DNA of 64,000 nt, taken from NCBI RefSeq assembly GCF_009914755.1, contig NC_060942.1. One strand, 5' to 3'. Made by a program: the position numbers and the translations under genes. Position 1 is the stretch's first letter. Each line of letters opens with the position of its first letter. The notes under the pieces were generated by a model. It saw only the letters and a program-made list of their open reading frames with translations. It did no database searches and was not told where the DNA came from. Of the stretch, positions 38,995 to 52,063 are shown one piece after another. The stretch is from the human T2T-CHM13v2.0 reference genome, Homo sapiens.

Positions 38995-41200
38995 AGACAG
39001 AGAATGGTGCCAGCGAGGAGAGTTTCTGGTGCTCATCTCCTCACAGAAACACTGATGTTAACAACCATCCATACATTAAAATACCTTAATGAGAGGTTTA
39101 GATCCAGGTAAGTGATGAAGCACAGAAATGGAAAAAAAAAATGCATTGAAGTGGGTAGAAAGAACATTTCACATTGCCTACATTACATTTCCCTAAAGCC
39201 ACCTAGCACAGCACCAAGGGAAATACCCTCTGTATGGAGAAAGCAAAGTAAAGTGAGCATCCAAATTTGTCACAGACCCCAGTACCAGGCCTACCCACAT
39301 TGAACCCCAGGACTTGACCAGCCTGATCAGACCCAGGCTCCAGGCCTGCCCCTGTAGACTCTGGTGCCCACATGGCCCTTATGGATTCAGGCTGCAAGCT
39401 GTCACCTACTAACCCAGGCTCCAGATTGGCCCCTGGGTACTCGGTTGCAGGCCCACCCCAGTGATCCCTGGAACCAGGCCGGTACTTGTGTGCCCTGATT
39501 CCTGACAGGCCCTCATAGACCCAGACTACAAAACCACTTCAGAAAGCCTGGTGCCAGACCAGCACCCAGAAATACAGATTCCAAGTCGACTCAAGTGGAT
39601 GCATGCTCCAGACCCACTCCAATGTCAGAAAGGCCCCCATGGTCATAGATTCCACAGAAGCTGTCACACATTCAGGCTCTAGGCCTCTTCTCACATACCC
39701 AGGCACCAGGACAGTTTTCCCACAAACTTAGGTAGAAAGTGCACTCAATGATGTTACCACATTTCCTACCCAGAATTTCTGGCTAGGATGACGATAAATG
39801 TCTTTCTCTGCTTAAACCAGTCTGTAAAGACAAGAAAGGTGTCTATTCCTACAAATGTGTGGACACAAGCACAAGGCTTAAAAAATCAGAAAGACAAGAA
39901 AACCAAATTGTGTTTAGATCAAAATAAAGCATGTATAACTGAACCTAAATAAATGAATATCTATAAACTGTATGACAAATAAAATAATCACCTTAAAAAA
40001 TCTCAATGAGCTACAGTAGAACATAGACAACTAAACTAAATTGGAAAAATACTACATAAAAATGATAAATTTTACAAATATATAGAAACCATAAAAAATA
40101 ACTAAGTAGTAAGTTTGGAGCTGAAAAACAGAATGGCTAAACTGAAAAATTCAACAGAGTTTCAACAGCAGACTTGATCAAACAGAAGAAAGAATAAGTA
40201 AGCTCAAAGACAGGTCATTTGAAATTACCCAGTCAGAGGGTAATTTCAAAGGAAGAAAAGAGTGAAAAAGACTGAAGAAAACCTATGAGACTTATGGGGA
40301 ACCATCAAAGGAACCAATATATGTATTACGGATGTCCCAGAAAGAGCACAGAAAGAGAACAAGGCAGAAATCTTGTTTAAATATATGACAGAAAACTTTT
40401 TAAGTATGAGGAGGAAAATGAACAATCAGATTCATGATGCTCAAATAATTTTAAGTAGACTAAACACAAAGAGATATTTACTGAGACACATTTTAATCAA
40501 AATATTAAAAATAAAAGCAAAGACAATTTTGAAACCATCACCAAAAAAGAAAAATGACTTATTATATACAAAGCAACTCCCAAAAGACTATAAATGGATT
40601 TTATTTACTGGCCAGGAAAGTGGAATGATACATTTAAAGTTTTGAAAGAAAACAAATAAAAAACAACAATTGCCAATCAAGAACACTGTGTCAGAAATAT
40701 TTGTCCTTCAGAAATGAAGGAGAGATTACAAACCTTCCCAAACAAACAAAAGCTGAGAGACTTCATTACCAGTAGAAATGCTACAGGGAATTCTTCAAAT
40801 TGAAAGGAAAGAACCCTAATTAGCCATATAAAAATGTATGAAAGTATAAATCTCACCATTTGGTCAATCAGAATGCTCTAGTACTGTAATGATAATGTCT
40901 AATCACCCTTAACTCTAGTATAAAAGTTAAAAAGACAAAAATATTAAAATAATTATAGCTACTATAAATTGATAATCAACACACAATATTTTAAAAAGTA
41001 AATTATGACATCAATAACATACAATGTGGAATAAGAGGAGAAATAAATGTAGAATTTATGTATGCAATCCAAGTTATTATAATGGACAGCTATAACTATA
41101 AAAGGTTTTATGTAAGCTTAAGTAATTACAAAGAAAAAAATACCTGTGTAATTGTACAAAAGAGAAAGAAAAATGAATCAAAGCCTACTATTATGAAAGG
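38995..41200 (+). mobile_element. L1M2/M3-type 5'UTR, ORF1 and inter-ORF relic
   Basis: Degenerate ccaggctccaggcc 5'UTR repeats; ORF1 (agctcaaagacaggtcatttgaaattaccc, cccaaacaaacaaaagctgag). Confidence 0.85.
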
Positions 41201-41614
41201 TCAATATACACCAAAATAAAACCTCCTTAAAGCATAAATCTCACAAAGCATATAAAACAATAACACAATGAAAAAAAAACAAAGTATATAGGTGACAACT
41301 AAATGATGAATAAAACAGTACCTCATATCTCAATATTAACATTGAATGTAAATGCCCTAAATGCTTCACTGAAAAGGTACAGGATGACAGAATGGATTAA
41401 AAAATTACAAACCAAATATCTGCTTGCTGTCTTCAAGAGACTCACCTAACACATAGGACTCACATAAACTTAATGCAAAGGTGTGGAAAAAGATTTTCCA
41501 CATAATGGAAACCAAAAGTGAGCAGGAGTAGCTTTTTTTATGTCAGACAAAACAGACTTTAAAGCAACAACAGTAAGAAAAAAGACAAAGAAGGACTTTA
41601 TGTAATGATAAAAG
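41201..41614 (+). mobile_element. L1PB/L1MA-type inter-ORF and ORF2 start fragment
   Basis: acagtacctcatatctcaatattaacattgaatgtaaatg...ttcaagagactcacctaac...gtcagacaaaacagactttaaagc. Confidence 0.8.
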
Positions 41615-41743
41615 TTTATCTTGTTTAATGTAGCTATATGTGTCGGGGCTTCAATTTCCTCTGGTGTCCTTGTTTTTGTCTTCCCTGTAGTTTTTGGGTT
41701 TCCCTAGAAATTTCTTCTTAAATAAAGTCTGAGACTGTCAGTT

Positions 41744-42291
41744 TGTTGGAGGCCAGAAAGAGTGAGGGTCATGATCAACTCAGTATACCACTGGAGGCTA
41801 TAAGAGTAAGCAGCAAAACTGTTTCTCATAAATGCAGAATGTTGGCAAACTGACAAACTGCATATGCCACCCAGATGAAATGCTGAGGGCAGTCACGACC
41901 CAGGCACAAGTGTTTCTTGTGATTAGGTACATCTGAAGCCTGTTAATAACAATATGAACCTGTGATCAATTAAGCAGCTGACCAATCATTACCTCAGACC
42001 AATCACCTCCTCCTCCCTGCTCTTGTTACCCAATAAATATGAAGGGCTGTGGAAGCTCAGTGGCTGCCTTCGCTCACTAGAAGCAGGGAGCTCTCTTTTT
42101 CCCCGGTTCCCCTTCCTTTAAAACAGTTTTTTTGTCTTAAGTTATCATTTCTACCTTCCTCCCTTCTTTCAGTCTCATGATGATGGTCTCAAGCAGTAAT
42201 AGTAGTAACTGCTATAATGATGGTCTCAAGAAGTAACAGTAGTAACTGCTGTAATGACAGTCTCAAGTAGTAACCGTGGCAGTCTGTCACA
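41744..42291 (+). mobile_element. LTR3B-like (HERV-K HML-6) solo LTR
   Basis: tgttggaggcc...gagggtcatgatcaactcagtataccactggaggcta...gtcaca; perfect 6-bp TSD tcagtt, the length typical of betaretroviruses. Confidence 0.88.
42181..42274 (+). repeat. 37-bp tandem repeat (~2.5 copies) in the LTR 3' part
   Basis: tgatggtctcaagcagtaatagtagtaactgctataa at 42181 and 42218, partial copy at 42255. Confidence 0.9.
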
Positions 42292-42975
42292 TCAGTTCTT
42301 TTACTTTGATCCACTGTTAAAAGATGTCCTATTGATGCAGTAATAACATGTGAGGGGAGAGGAAGCATTCTATAATGCTATAGTTAGTTCTTAGTGTTTT
42401 AGTGGGCCTGTACCCTTGGTCTGTGACCTTCACAAGTCCTTCTCAACTTTTTGTTCCCCCTTAAGAAAGGAAGGCTAGGAATGGCTGGGGTTTTCCAATT
42501 TCCTATCCTTCATCCGAGATAAGTTTTCAGGAAACTACTTTTCTTTGCTCAGTTTGTTGAAGTTATTGTCCATGTCAAGTTTTCTGAATTTATTCCAAAA
42601 TGTTTATTTTTCTTGGGTATATTTCAAAATGATTACTTATTCCCTTCCACCGACCAAACATGAGAGGACTTTTCTGTAATCCTTACTCTGAGAACCTGGT
42701 GGGACTCCTGAGGTAAAACTCATGAAAGTGTGTGGAAACTTGAAGTTTTTAACTCTCAATCTATTCCACTTTCATCCTCTAGGAATTTGTCAAAGTTGCC
42801 ATCTCACTATTACTGGCTATCGGCATTTTCTGCTTCAGGTGGGCTGATCTGTATCTTCTGTATTCACCTATTTCTCTACTTTTCAGGGTGACTGTTTATC
42901 CTGTGATCTCAATTCTCTGCAAGATCTAAAAAGTCATTGCAAGGTTTTAGAATGTTTGTGCAGAAACCAGAAGCC

Positions 42976-45248
42976 TATAGCTTTTTAATGATGGTTCCAA
43001 ATATTATGCCATATATATATAACTTAGTTTTCTTGTGTCATTATTTTACAAATTTGGGTGAAGTATATACATCTTAACTCTTTATGCCTCTTTATACTCT
43101 CTCATTTATAAGTGTTTTAAATATTTTCTCTACATAAATCTATAGCCACGTTGGATAGTGTTTTATTTCTGATTTAACCACTTAAGAAAAATTTAGAAAA
43201 CCCAAGAGAAGAAAGCCTATTGTATTCACCCATAGTTATGCTTACAATTCTTCCTTCATTCCTAATGCTCTTAGTTTCATTTATTTTTATTATTTCCTTT
43301 CTTTCTGAGAATATTCTTCAGCTAATCCTTCAGGGTAGGTCACTTTGTGACCAATTCTCTTAATTTTTTTTTCCATGTAAGAATGTCTTGACTTTTTCTT
43401 AATTCCTGAAGGAGATTTCAATTGGTGTAGAATTCTGGATTAACAGTTCTTTTCTTTGGAACCTGAAAAATGTCCTACTTCTTTTTGGTCTTCTCATTTC
43501 TCATGAGAAATTCACTGTCATGTGACCTACTATTCCTCTATAGATAAGGGACCATGTTTTTCTGGCTGGCATTATATTTTTTTCTTTAATTTTCAAAACT
43601 TGTGATGTGTCTTAGGTGCTGGCATGGATTTCTTTGAAATTATGCTGCTTGGGGTTCACTTAGCTTCTTTGTTTCTTGCCAAATTTGTAAAAACTTCAGA
43701 CATAAAATATTCTCATAATTTTCCAGCCCTGTTACATTTCTCCTCTTTGTTTAGGACTCCAGTGTTATGAAAGTTAAATCTTTTGTTGTAATCCTGCAGG
43801 TCTTGGAGTGCTTGTTCATTTTCTCCCCAATCTAGTTCCTATTTTTCTAATTAATTTCTATTGCTTTGTCCTTCATTTAACTGATTATTCTGCCCATCTT
43901 CTGTATTCTGCTGTTAGTCAACCCACTGAGCTTATTTACTTTTGTATTTTTCATCTCTAAATTTTCTACTTGGTTCTTCATATCTATTGTTTCTGTACCG
44001 ACAACTTCTAATTTTTCTATCGAGACACTATTTTTCATTTGTTTCAAAGATGTTTGTAAATTGCTTGTTGAAACCATTGATAATGGCTGCTTTAAAATTG
44101 TCCAATCATCATAGTATTTTTATCTCAGGTGTTTTTTTAAACTATTTTTCTGTGTGTGTGTATGTGTGTGAAACTTTGTTTTGGAATGAGTAGGTTTATT
44201 TTATTAAAACCTATAATTTTTTTTTGTGATATGTTATGAGACAATTTAACCTTTTTATTTCACCATTCTACTTCTGGTTTTTTTTTTTTTTTTTTTTTTT
44301 TTTGCAATACCACTCCAGTAGGGGAATAGTAGTGCTACCTTGTTAATCCCAGATGGAGGTAAAGAGGTAAAGGCTAAATTCCCCACTCAGCCTGCATTGA
44401 CATTTGAGATAGCGGCCCTCATTACTGACTGCTGGGCAGGGGTGGGAATTCGAGCCCCATGTGGTCTCTATTAATAATGCATGTGGAGAAGGGGATGGAC
44501 CTATCATAGCTCAGTGATGGTGGATGACCTGACTCTGCTAGCCCTCATTCTGACACGTCTTATCATGGAGGGAGAGGGGCATATTATTAATGTTGAGTGG
44601 AGGTAAAATCCAGACTCCTCATGTAGTATCCACTGATTTTGTGGATAGTAATGGCAGTGGTGCTCATTACTATCCAGTGAGGATAAAAGTCCAGGCTCCA
44701 CCACTGGCCTTCTCTGACATGATCCAGTAGAAATGTTGGAGCATCTCATCACAGTCTCATGAGTTTGGAGGACATGTAGGCCTCTCATTCAGAGCTGGCT
44801 GATCAGGGAAGAGGTTCAGCAACATTTTATTTTTTTTCCTGTGGTATTTGGCTAAAGTATAGAAGTTCCTATCCCAAAATGGTCTCTTTTTAGGATTCCC
44901 TTTTGCTACACTTTTACCTAGCGAGGACAGGCTTTTCTTGGGACATTTTTTTGTCTGCACATGTTGGTGCTTCTGAGTTATCAGTGTCTTCTGCTCCAAG
45001 TCTGGGATACATGAGGCAAAAATTTAAATAATTAAACCAATAAAACAACATGAAAACCCAGGGAAGCAACTCTTTTTTAGTTAATGTTGTTATTCAAGTC
45101 CTGAGATGTTTACCCATCTGCCTTATTATCTCCATATTTCAGAGTCATCTTATGTTTACTGTAGAAAAAACATTCCAGAGTTTTTAGTTACCTCGCATGA
45201 ACAAAATTGAAAAGTGTGTCTAGTCTCTTCTCCCAGAAGTGGAAATTC
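42976..45248 (-). mobile_element. Ancient L1M inter-ORF/ORF1/5'UTR, right piece of a split host
   Basis: gtgtagaattctggattaacag, gcatggatttcttt, terminal tcttctcccagaagtggaaa. Confidence 0.75.
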
Positions 45249-45290
45249 TTCTGATTTTTAAAAATTCCTCAAACCAAACTTGTTTTCATC

Positions 45291-45658
45291 TCATGGATTT
45301 CTCTATGATATGCTTTTTGCCTGAAATTTCCTTTTCTACATCATGATGGGGGTGGCCTTGGATCTCAGTTTAAGTGCTGCCTTCTTGGATGACTATCCCA
45401 GATCAAGAATCTAATTTCTCTTTTACAATGTCATTCTCTACTACATTGCACTCTTTAATTTTATTCATAGTGATGAACCAGATATATTCTTTTTAGGTTT
45501 ATTTTTCTATTTTGGTATTTATTTCCTGTCACTAGAATATAACATTTATGGAAGCAAAAACCTGGTTCATCTCTATAACTTCTGCTTTTTCATATTTTTA
45601 GAATAGTCTCTGGCACAGAGTAAGTATTCAATAAAGATCTGTTGAATTTGAATGAATA
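45291..45658 (+). mobile_element. L2 3' end
   Basis: cactagaatataa...tctggcacagagtaagtattcaataaagatctgttgaatttgaatgaat. Confidence 0.8.
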
Positions 45659-46664
45659 ATACAATGGTTTTCACCTTACATTTTTGTAGTTTAGTCCCTC
45701 ATTATGCTGAAGAAGAAATGTATCTCATCCTATTGATGACCAGGGCTCCTCTTTGCCTCTCTTGATAATCCAAAGTTACTGGCAAGCAAGAGCAAAGGCC
45801 TGACTGACAGGCTCATGGCTTTGTGGTTACATCCTGAGGATAATTAACTCTTCTAGGCCAGCTGTGACCCCTACTGGGAGTCAGCCTGTGCCCAACATGT
45901 TGACAGAATTGGTCCCAAATGAGGCCACTCCACTTGAGTCCCTGGAGTGACTCCTGAGATTTGAAAGAACCTAAGGCCCTGCCAAATATAAGAACCAAGG
46001 CAGAATTTAGGAACCAATTGATTCCTCAGAGAGCTTTGCAAATGATTTGAGAATGTTAGAAAGCAGATCTAGTGGCCCATCTTGCCAGTTCCTCATGTGA
46101 AATTATTCCAGTAGTAATAATACAACCCTTTTCTATTTCCTTGCATTTTTGTCTTATTTCACTGCCTATTTCCCCATGTCTGGATTTAAACAAATAGAAA
46201 CTTTGTCTCTGTTTTAGGCTTTTTCTCACCTTTTAAAATGCAAATACTTCAGGGAAGGGGAACAGCTGGTCAGTCATTTTGATCTTACTATAATGAGTTT
46301 ATTAGAGCCAGCCTGGAGAGGGAATTCTGACACTGAGCATACTATCCCACAAACATGGCTCTCTTTTGATGCTTGCCAGTACTGGAAAATTTCCCCACAG
46401 GAGAATTTCTCAGGCATGCAGCAATGCAGTGACAGTAACACATGCAGATGGAAGGCATAGCCTGAAAACTGAGTGACTGGATCTCAGAAGAGACTACCAC
46501 TGTAGATTGAGTTATTTTGAGGGGGTGGGTGGTGTAAGATCCCCAGATCCTAAGATATTTGTGTTTCACATAACAAGAGGACAATATGTCTAGTGAAAAT
46601 CCTGCTTAAAGTTCTGATATCATTTTATATAGCAGAATTTTAGTAACTAAATATCAAGTAATTC

Positions 46665-46890
46665 TATAAAATATAACTGGGTAATGTAGTTAAGAATAAT
46701 ACAGTGAGAGAGAAAATTAGATTGTTTAGTCTGGGATGTCCATCTAAGGAGGCCACATTTGAGCTGAGATCCAAGGCCATTCCTATAAGATGAGGAAAGG
46801 AGAGTTCTAGGCAGAGGAAGTAGCAAATAGAAATCCATGAAATAGAAAGCAGTTTAATTTGTTTGAGGAATCAAAAAAAGGCCAGGATAT
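46665..46890 (-). mobile_element. L2 relic
   Basis: ggaggccacatttgagctgagatc...gttctaggcagaggaagtagcaaat. Confidence 0.75.
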
Positions 46891-49799
46891 TAAGGATATG
46901 GAGGGTAGCATTTTTCAGTTATATGATCTTTTAACTGTCTAAAAATAACTGCAAATGAATATTTGAAGGGGTATCAGAATAGATAATGTAGGAGTAAAAC
47001 CTTGTTTATGAGAATTTCCAGTTTGGAGTTTGTGACTGTCATGTCTGATATGAACATCACAAATTTTTGTGTTTAAAAATAGCTAATTATGTATTTAAAT
47101 GACTCCTGAACAGAAAATTCAAAATGACAGCCGAGGTTGGGAGCCACATATGCGACTGACAGGCTCCAGAAACTTAAAAACAAGTATAGATCTCTGCTTG
47201 AATCAATGAAAATGGGCAAATTTGGTTGTTATGGTGAAGAAATTATCAATAAACATAACTTTAGTTTTAAAAACACTCCCTTCTCCTTAAAGTCTTATTT
47301 CCTTGATAGGGTATCTGATAAATGCTCCTAATCATCCTTCTAACCTCAGACTCTGCCACAGGTAGAAACCACAGATGGATTCCCAAATCACAGCAGCATA
47401 GATAGACTTGCCTCCCAGCCTTTCAATGGGGTGGTATCTTGGAACTACCTGAGCCACTTGAGTGTATGGGGAAGGAGGTGAAATAACAATGTGAACACTC
47501 CTCTGTAATTGGCCTAACCAATTGATGTATAGCTGCTGAAGGTTTTAAGCATCACTTTCCATCTTCCTAGTATAGAACAGGAAGTAAACAGATAAAACCT
47601 TAAATGCCATTTGTCTAACTGTATGAAGGAGCTCTTCCATCTCAATAAAATATTGGTTTAAAAAATGGCAGTTTTTACATAGAAAGAGACATACTTCTTC
47701 AAATCTTATCAGAAAATCTATGTTAGGACCTGGAAAGTGATATGAGGATAAGACCCATGTTCCTCCTCCATCTTCCTCTCCACCATGGAGGCTGGACAGG
47801 AAGGATTAGTCCAACCTGAGCCTCACAAGACCCACGCATCTTGTAAGTGCTACTATGATAGTGTGAAAACATGGTACCTGAGAGGTTGCCAGAATCCAGG
47901 CAGCTGGTCCTTCCCATCTACTTATCACATCCTGGTGCCTATGGCAGGTACTGAGAGTCATAGAGTAGAGCCTAGAGATTGAGTGGTTCAAAAGTGATGG
48001 CCCAGAAAATAGTAGTGAAGCCAATTCTGGGCAGTTGTTCTTTCTATGGTGAGTTGCCATGATGTTCTAGATACACTCCTTCTGTATGATGAAGGAGACA
48101 TATTTTGTACCCTTTCTCCTCTCATACCTGCATTTCTCCAACCCTTCAATCAGACATAATGCATTCTGAGAGGATGCCAGAGTTGGCAGGAATGAAATAA
48201 TTACTTCCAAGGAAGACACTTAGCCAACACCAAGTCTTAAAATAGCTAGTCTTTCTCTTCATCCAGTAGGACTTTCATAAAATATTCAGGTTCCTAAAAA
48301 GAGAATAGAAGAATATAAAGTGTATAAGGTTAGGTTGGGGGCATACAAGACATGAGTTTGGCACTGGTGTGAACAAAATCTGGGATAATGTCAGTAAATG
48401 TCAAAAGTCAAGAGAAGCCATGTTTAGTAGGATGAAAGTCATGACAGCATCTCCTCTACCATGGATTTCTGTGGATCAGCAGGAATCATTGCCCCAGAGC
48501 CATAAGACACCTTTCAGTGGATCTCTCCACACCGGGGAAGCCTTCAGTCAGGCAGACTGCTATATCAGGAAGACTGCTATATCTACTCAGTAAGGGTTTG
48601 ATCCCTATGCCAAAGCATTTTGCCCCTGCAATGAATCAGGTCCCCCTCAGTTTTCCTTATTCCAATTTGCTTTGGTCTCAAATGAAGAGGGAAAATTAGA
48701 GGTGCTTTGGTTCATGTTTCTATAGGATAGCCTACGGTTCTATAGGATAGCCTACAGTTTTTTATTGTCGGAAAATATTCTTTGGCAAAATGGTCTGTCC
48801 AGCCTTGAGCCATCAATAGGAATGAGGGGGGAAATAGCCTGCTATGTAGATTATGTCCCCCATGTTTCTGTCTTCCTTTCCCTATCAAAGGCCCAGGAAA
48901 ACCAGCTCATGTGACCACAGACCCTCTCATTAACATGCACACAGCCATCATGAGTTTGGAGGACTTAAGTCTCCATCCTTTCTAGTTATATCAAATGCCT
49001 TTTCCCTGGAGACTCCTTAGAATAGCTCCCACAGACCTCCCTCATTCTGCTTCATGTGCTCAGATGTAGGTCAAATGGTGTTTTAGCCATCAGGCATCCT
49101 TTTCTTTCACAGCCACCCTGGCTCTGCCAGATTAACCTAATAGCTGTCTTACATGGGCCTGGCAAGCTGACATGTTTTCTGATGTAAGAAAGAACCCACA
49201 ATATCCCCACAGTGGGTTTCTGGAATCAAAAAGAAATTTAGTGGCTGTGATTTCCTCTCTGAAAGTCCAAAAAAAAAAGATAAGAAACTTGAGTATATCC
49301 AGAAATGAAAGCATATCACAGCAACAAATAGAATAAAGCTGGGTGATCTCTAGTGGTCTCTATCAGTCTTTTGGGTGGTAGCAGAGGTGCTATGGTGTGG
49401 CTTTAGACCATGGGGTTGGGTCATGTGGCTGGCTGTGCTAACCTTAGTGCACACCCTCTGAAGCATATCTAAAATATGGAGCATAATGCCAATCTATTAT
49501 ACCCACATAGGTGATGGGCAGAGATCCTAGTTCACAAAGATCTCTGGCTTCAATATCAGATTCATCTTCCATGGCATTGGGGTCAGAAGGACCTGGCTGG
49601 TGGCTGCTACTTGTGCCTTGATGTCAGTACAAAGTGACATAAGCATCACTTTCTCACAGCTGGGAGCATATAGAGCCAATAGGTAAGCCCAAACTCATAC
49701 CATGGGAAGAGTCAAGGGTCAGAGCCCAAGAGACTATTTATATACAGGGTCCTCAAAATAAGGAAACCATTATTATCTATAAAAAATATTTTATGTATG

Positions 49800-49933
49800 T
49801 GTATTAGCCCGTTCAGCTTGTCATAACTAAATACCAAAGACTGGGTGGCTTAAACAACAAATTCTATTCTCTTACAGTTCTGGAGGCTGGAAAGTCCAAG
49901 ACAAAAGTTTTAGCTGATAATTTTTTACAACAT

Positions 49934-49980
<47 letters not shown>

Positions 49981-50553
49981 TTTTGAGACAAGGTCTCACT
50001 CTGTTGCCCAGGCTGGAGTGCCGTGGTACAATCTTGGCTCCCTGCAACCTCCACCTTCCAGGCTCAAGAGATCCTTCTACATCAGCTGGGACTACAGGCA
50101 TAAGCCACTATGCCCAGCAAATTAATTTTTTTTAAATAGGAGCAAGGTCTCTCCATATTGCCCAGGCTGATCTCAAACTCCTGGGCTCAAACAATCGTCC
50201 CACTTTAGCCTCCCAAAAGTGCTGGGATTACAGGTATGAGCCACTGCACCTAGCATAGCTGATTCTATTTCTGATGAGGGCTCTCTCACTGACTTGCTGA
50301 TGGCCACATTTTCGCTTTGTCCTCACGTTGCCTTTACTCGATGCACTGAGGAGAGGGAGAGGGAGGGAGATTGTGAGTTCTCTGGTGTCTTTTCTTATAA
50401 GAACACTAATCTTATTGGATCAAGGCCCCACTCTTATGACCCCATGTAACCTTCATTACTTCCTTAGAGGCTACATATCAAAATATAGCCACATCGGGGG
50501 TTAAGCCTTCAATATATGAATTTTAGGGCTACACAAATACTTAGCTCATAACA
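49800..50553 (-). mobile_element. MLT1A/MST-type MaLR LTR interrupted by an Alu
   Basis: tgtattag...gactgggtggcttaaacaac...ctcataaca; TSD gtatg/atatg. Confidence 0.9.
49933..50254 (-). mobile_element. AluJ with (TTTA)n tail
   Basis: Antisense Alu, about 12 TTTA units, tagctgat on both flanks. Confidence 0.93.
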
Positions 50554-50657
50554 ATATGCTTGGCAATGTGCTGTCAGATATGATGAATCCATTTTTAAAA
50601 ACATGGAGGAGAGTAGACATTTCATTTACCCAAGTGAGAAGTCATTCAATGTTAGGC

Positions 50658-50748
50658 CTTCCTCCCTTTCTCTCTCCTCTTTCTCTTTCTCTCTCTCATC
50701 TCCTTTCCCCTTCCCACGCTTTCCTTTTCTTCCTTTTCTTCCTTTCTT
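50658..50748. repeat. CT-rich low-complexity tract
   Basis: Polypyrimidine tract abutting the Alu tail. Confidence 0.8.
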
Positions 50749-50750
50749 AA

Positions 50751-51128
<378 letters not shown>

Positions 51129-51499
51129 TAATCTGGTGATGTGGTAGTAGTAATTTCTGACCCACTGTGTACCATTGAATAGCACTTCACTCCTCTGTCC
51201 CTTAGGATGTTAACTTAATATGGATTATCAATGGATGAATACAAAAAATTAACTGGAAATTTGAGGTAAATACCAAAATTTTACCAATCAATACGTGCTG
51301 AAGTATAAATGTAAAGTAGGAGGAATTATTGGCTTGAATGATGCAGATAAAAAAGGAGTTTCACTCCACTTTGACTGAAAGGTCATCATGTCAGAGATTA
51401 TCTAGATTTCAGATAAGTCATGGTCATAGTAGAGTAAATGCTATCCTTACAGAGTATATGGTACTGACAGATGCATTATCTTTTCTGTTCCAAAAGAAT

Positions 51500-51995
51500 G
51501 TATTCCTAAGAGTGGAGAACTGGCTGTTCCTTGACACCCAGTCTCTCTCTCCCATTAGGGGGAGCTGCTGAGATGCATTGATGCTGTTCTCTTCCTCCCT
51601 CACCTCCAGATCATGCCTTGAGGCAAAGGCCTAGGTATGTAATGTAAGAGGAAGTTTTGTGTGTGTGGGACTTCCAAGGAGACTGCTTAAAATCAGCTGA
51701 GAGACTTGGGAAACTGGCCATGTTCTCGTTTCTTTCTTATTCTTGCTGCATGAAATGTGACCTTGGTGACCAGAGTTCTAGCTGCTGCACAGGACCATGG
51801 ATTGAAGCACTGATGATGACATAGCACCAAAACAAATCAACAATTTAAGCTCTAGGTCCATGATGATGCCTGGGGCCACCACACATCCTCTGAATGGCCT
51901 AAGTTTTTGCATGATTTCCATGAAAGAAGAGCCATTTGTGTTGTATTTTGTTAGATTTTTCATTAAATGTTACCAGATATAAACGTATCTGATAC
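51500..51995 (+). mobile_element. Old MLT1 (J/K-like) LTR
   Basis: gtaagaggaagtt...cttgctgcatgaaatgtgac...gaccatgga...ctgatac. Confidence 0.55.
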
Positions 51996-52063
51996 CCAGG
52001 ACTAGCTGAATAAGGTGGTCAATTTGATGAGTTCTGGGAAGGACTCCTAGATATGTTGTTGTT

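Larger units (their letters stand above)
41615..42975 (-). mobile_element. L1MC-type 5'UTR relic, interrupted by LTR3B
   Basis: aatttcctctggtgtccttg...gagaacctggtgggactcctg; terminal cagaaaccagaagcc. Confidence 0.7.

Noticed and set aside
39270-39720. Degenerate ~35-bp ccaggctccaggcc repeats
   Set aside because: They are consistent with the known tandem-repeat 5'UTR of old L1M elements
40373-40645. 90-aa ORF resembling L1 ORF1p
   Set aside because: It is a short open stretch of a decayed L1 with frameshifts and stops around it
42181-42274. 37-bp repeat of CRISPR-like length
   Set aside because: The copies are head-to-tail with no unique spacers, sit inside a retroviral LTR in primate DNA, and there are no cas genes
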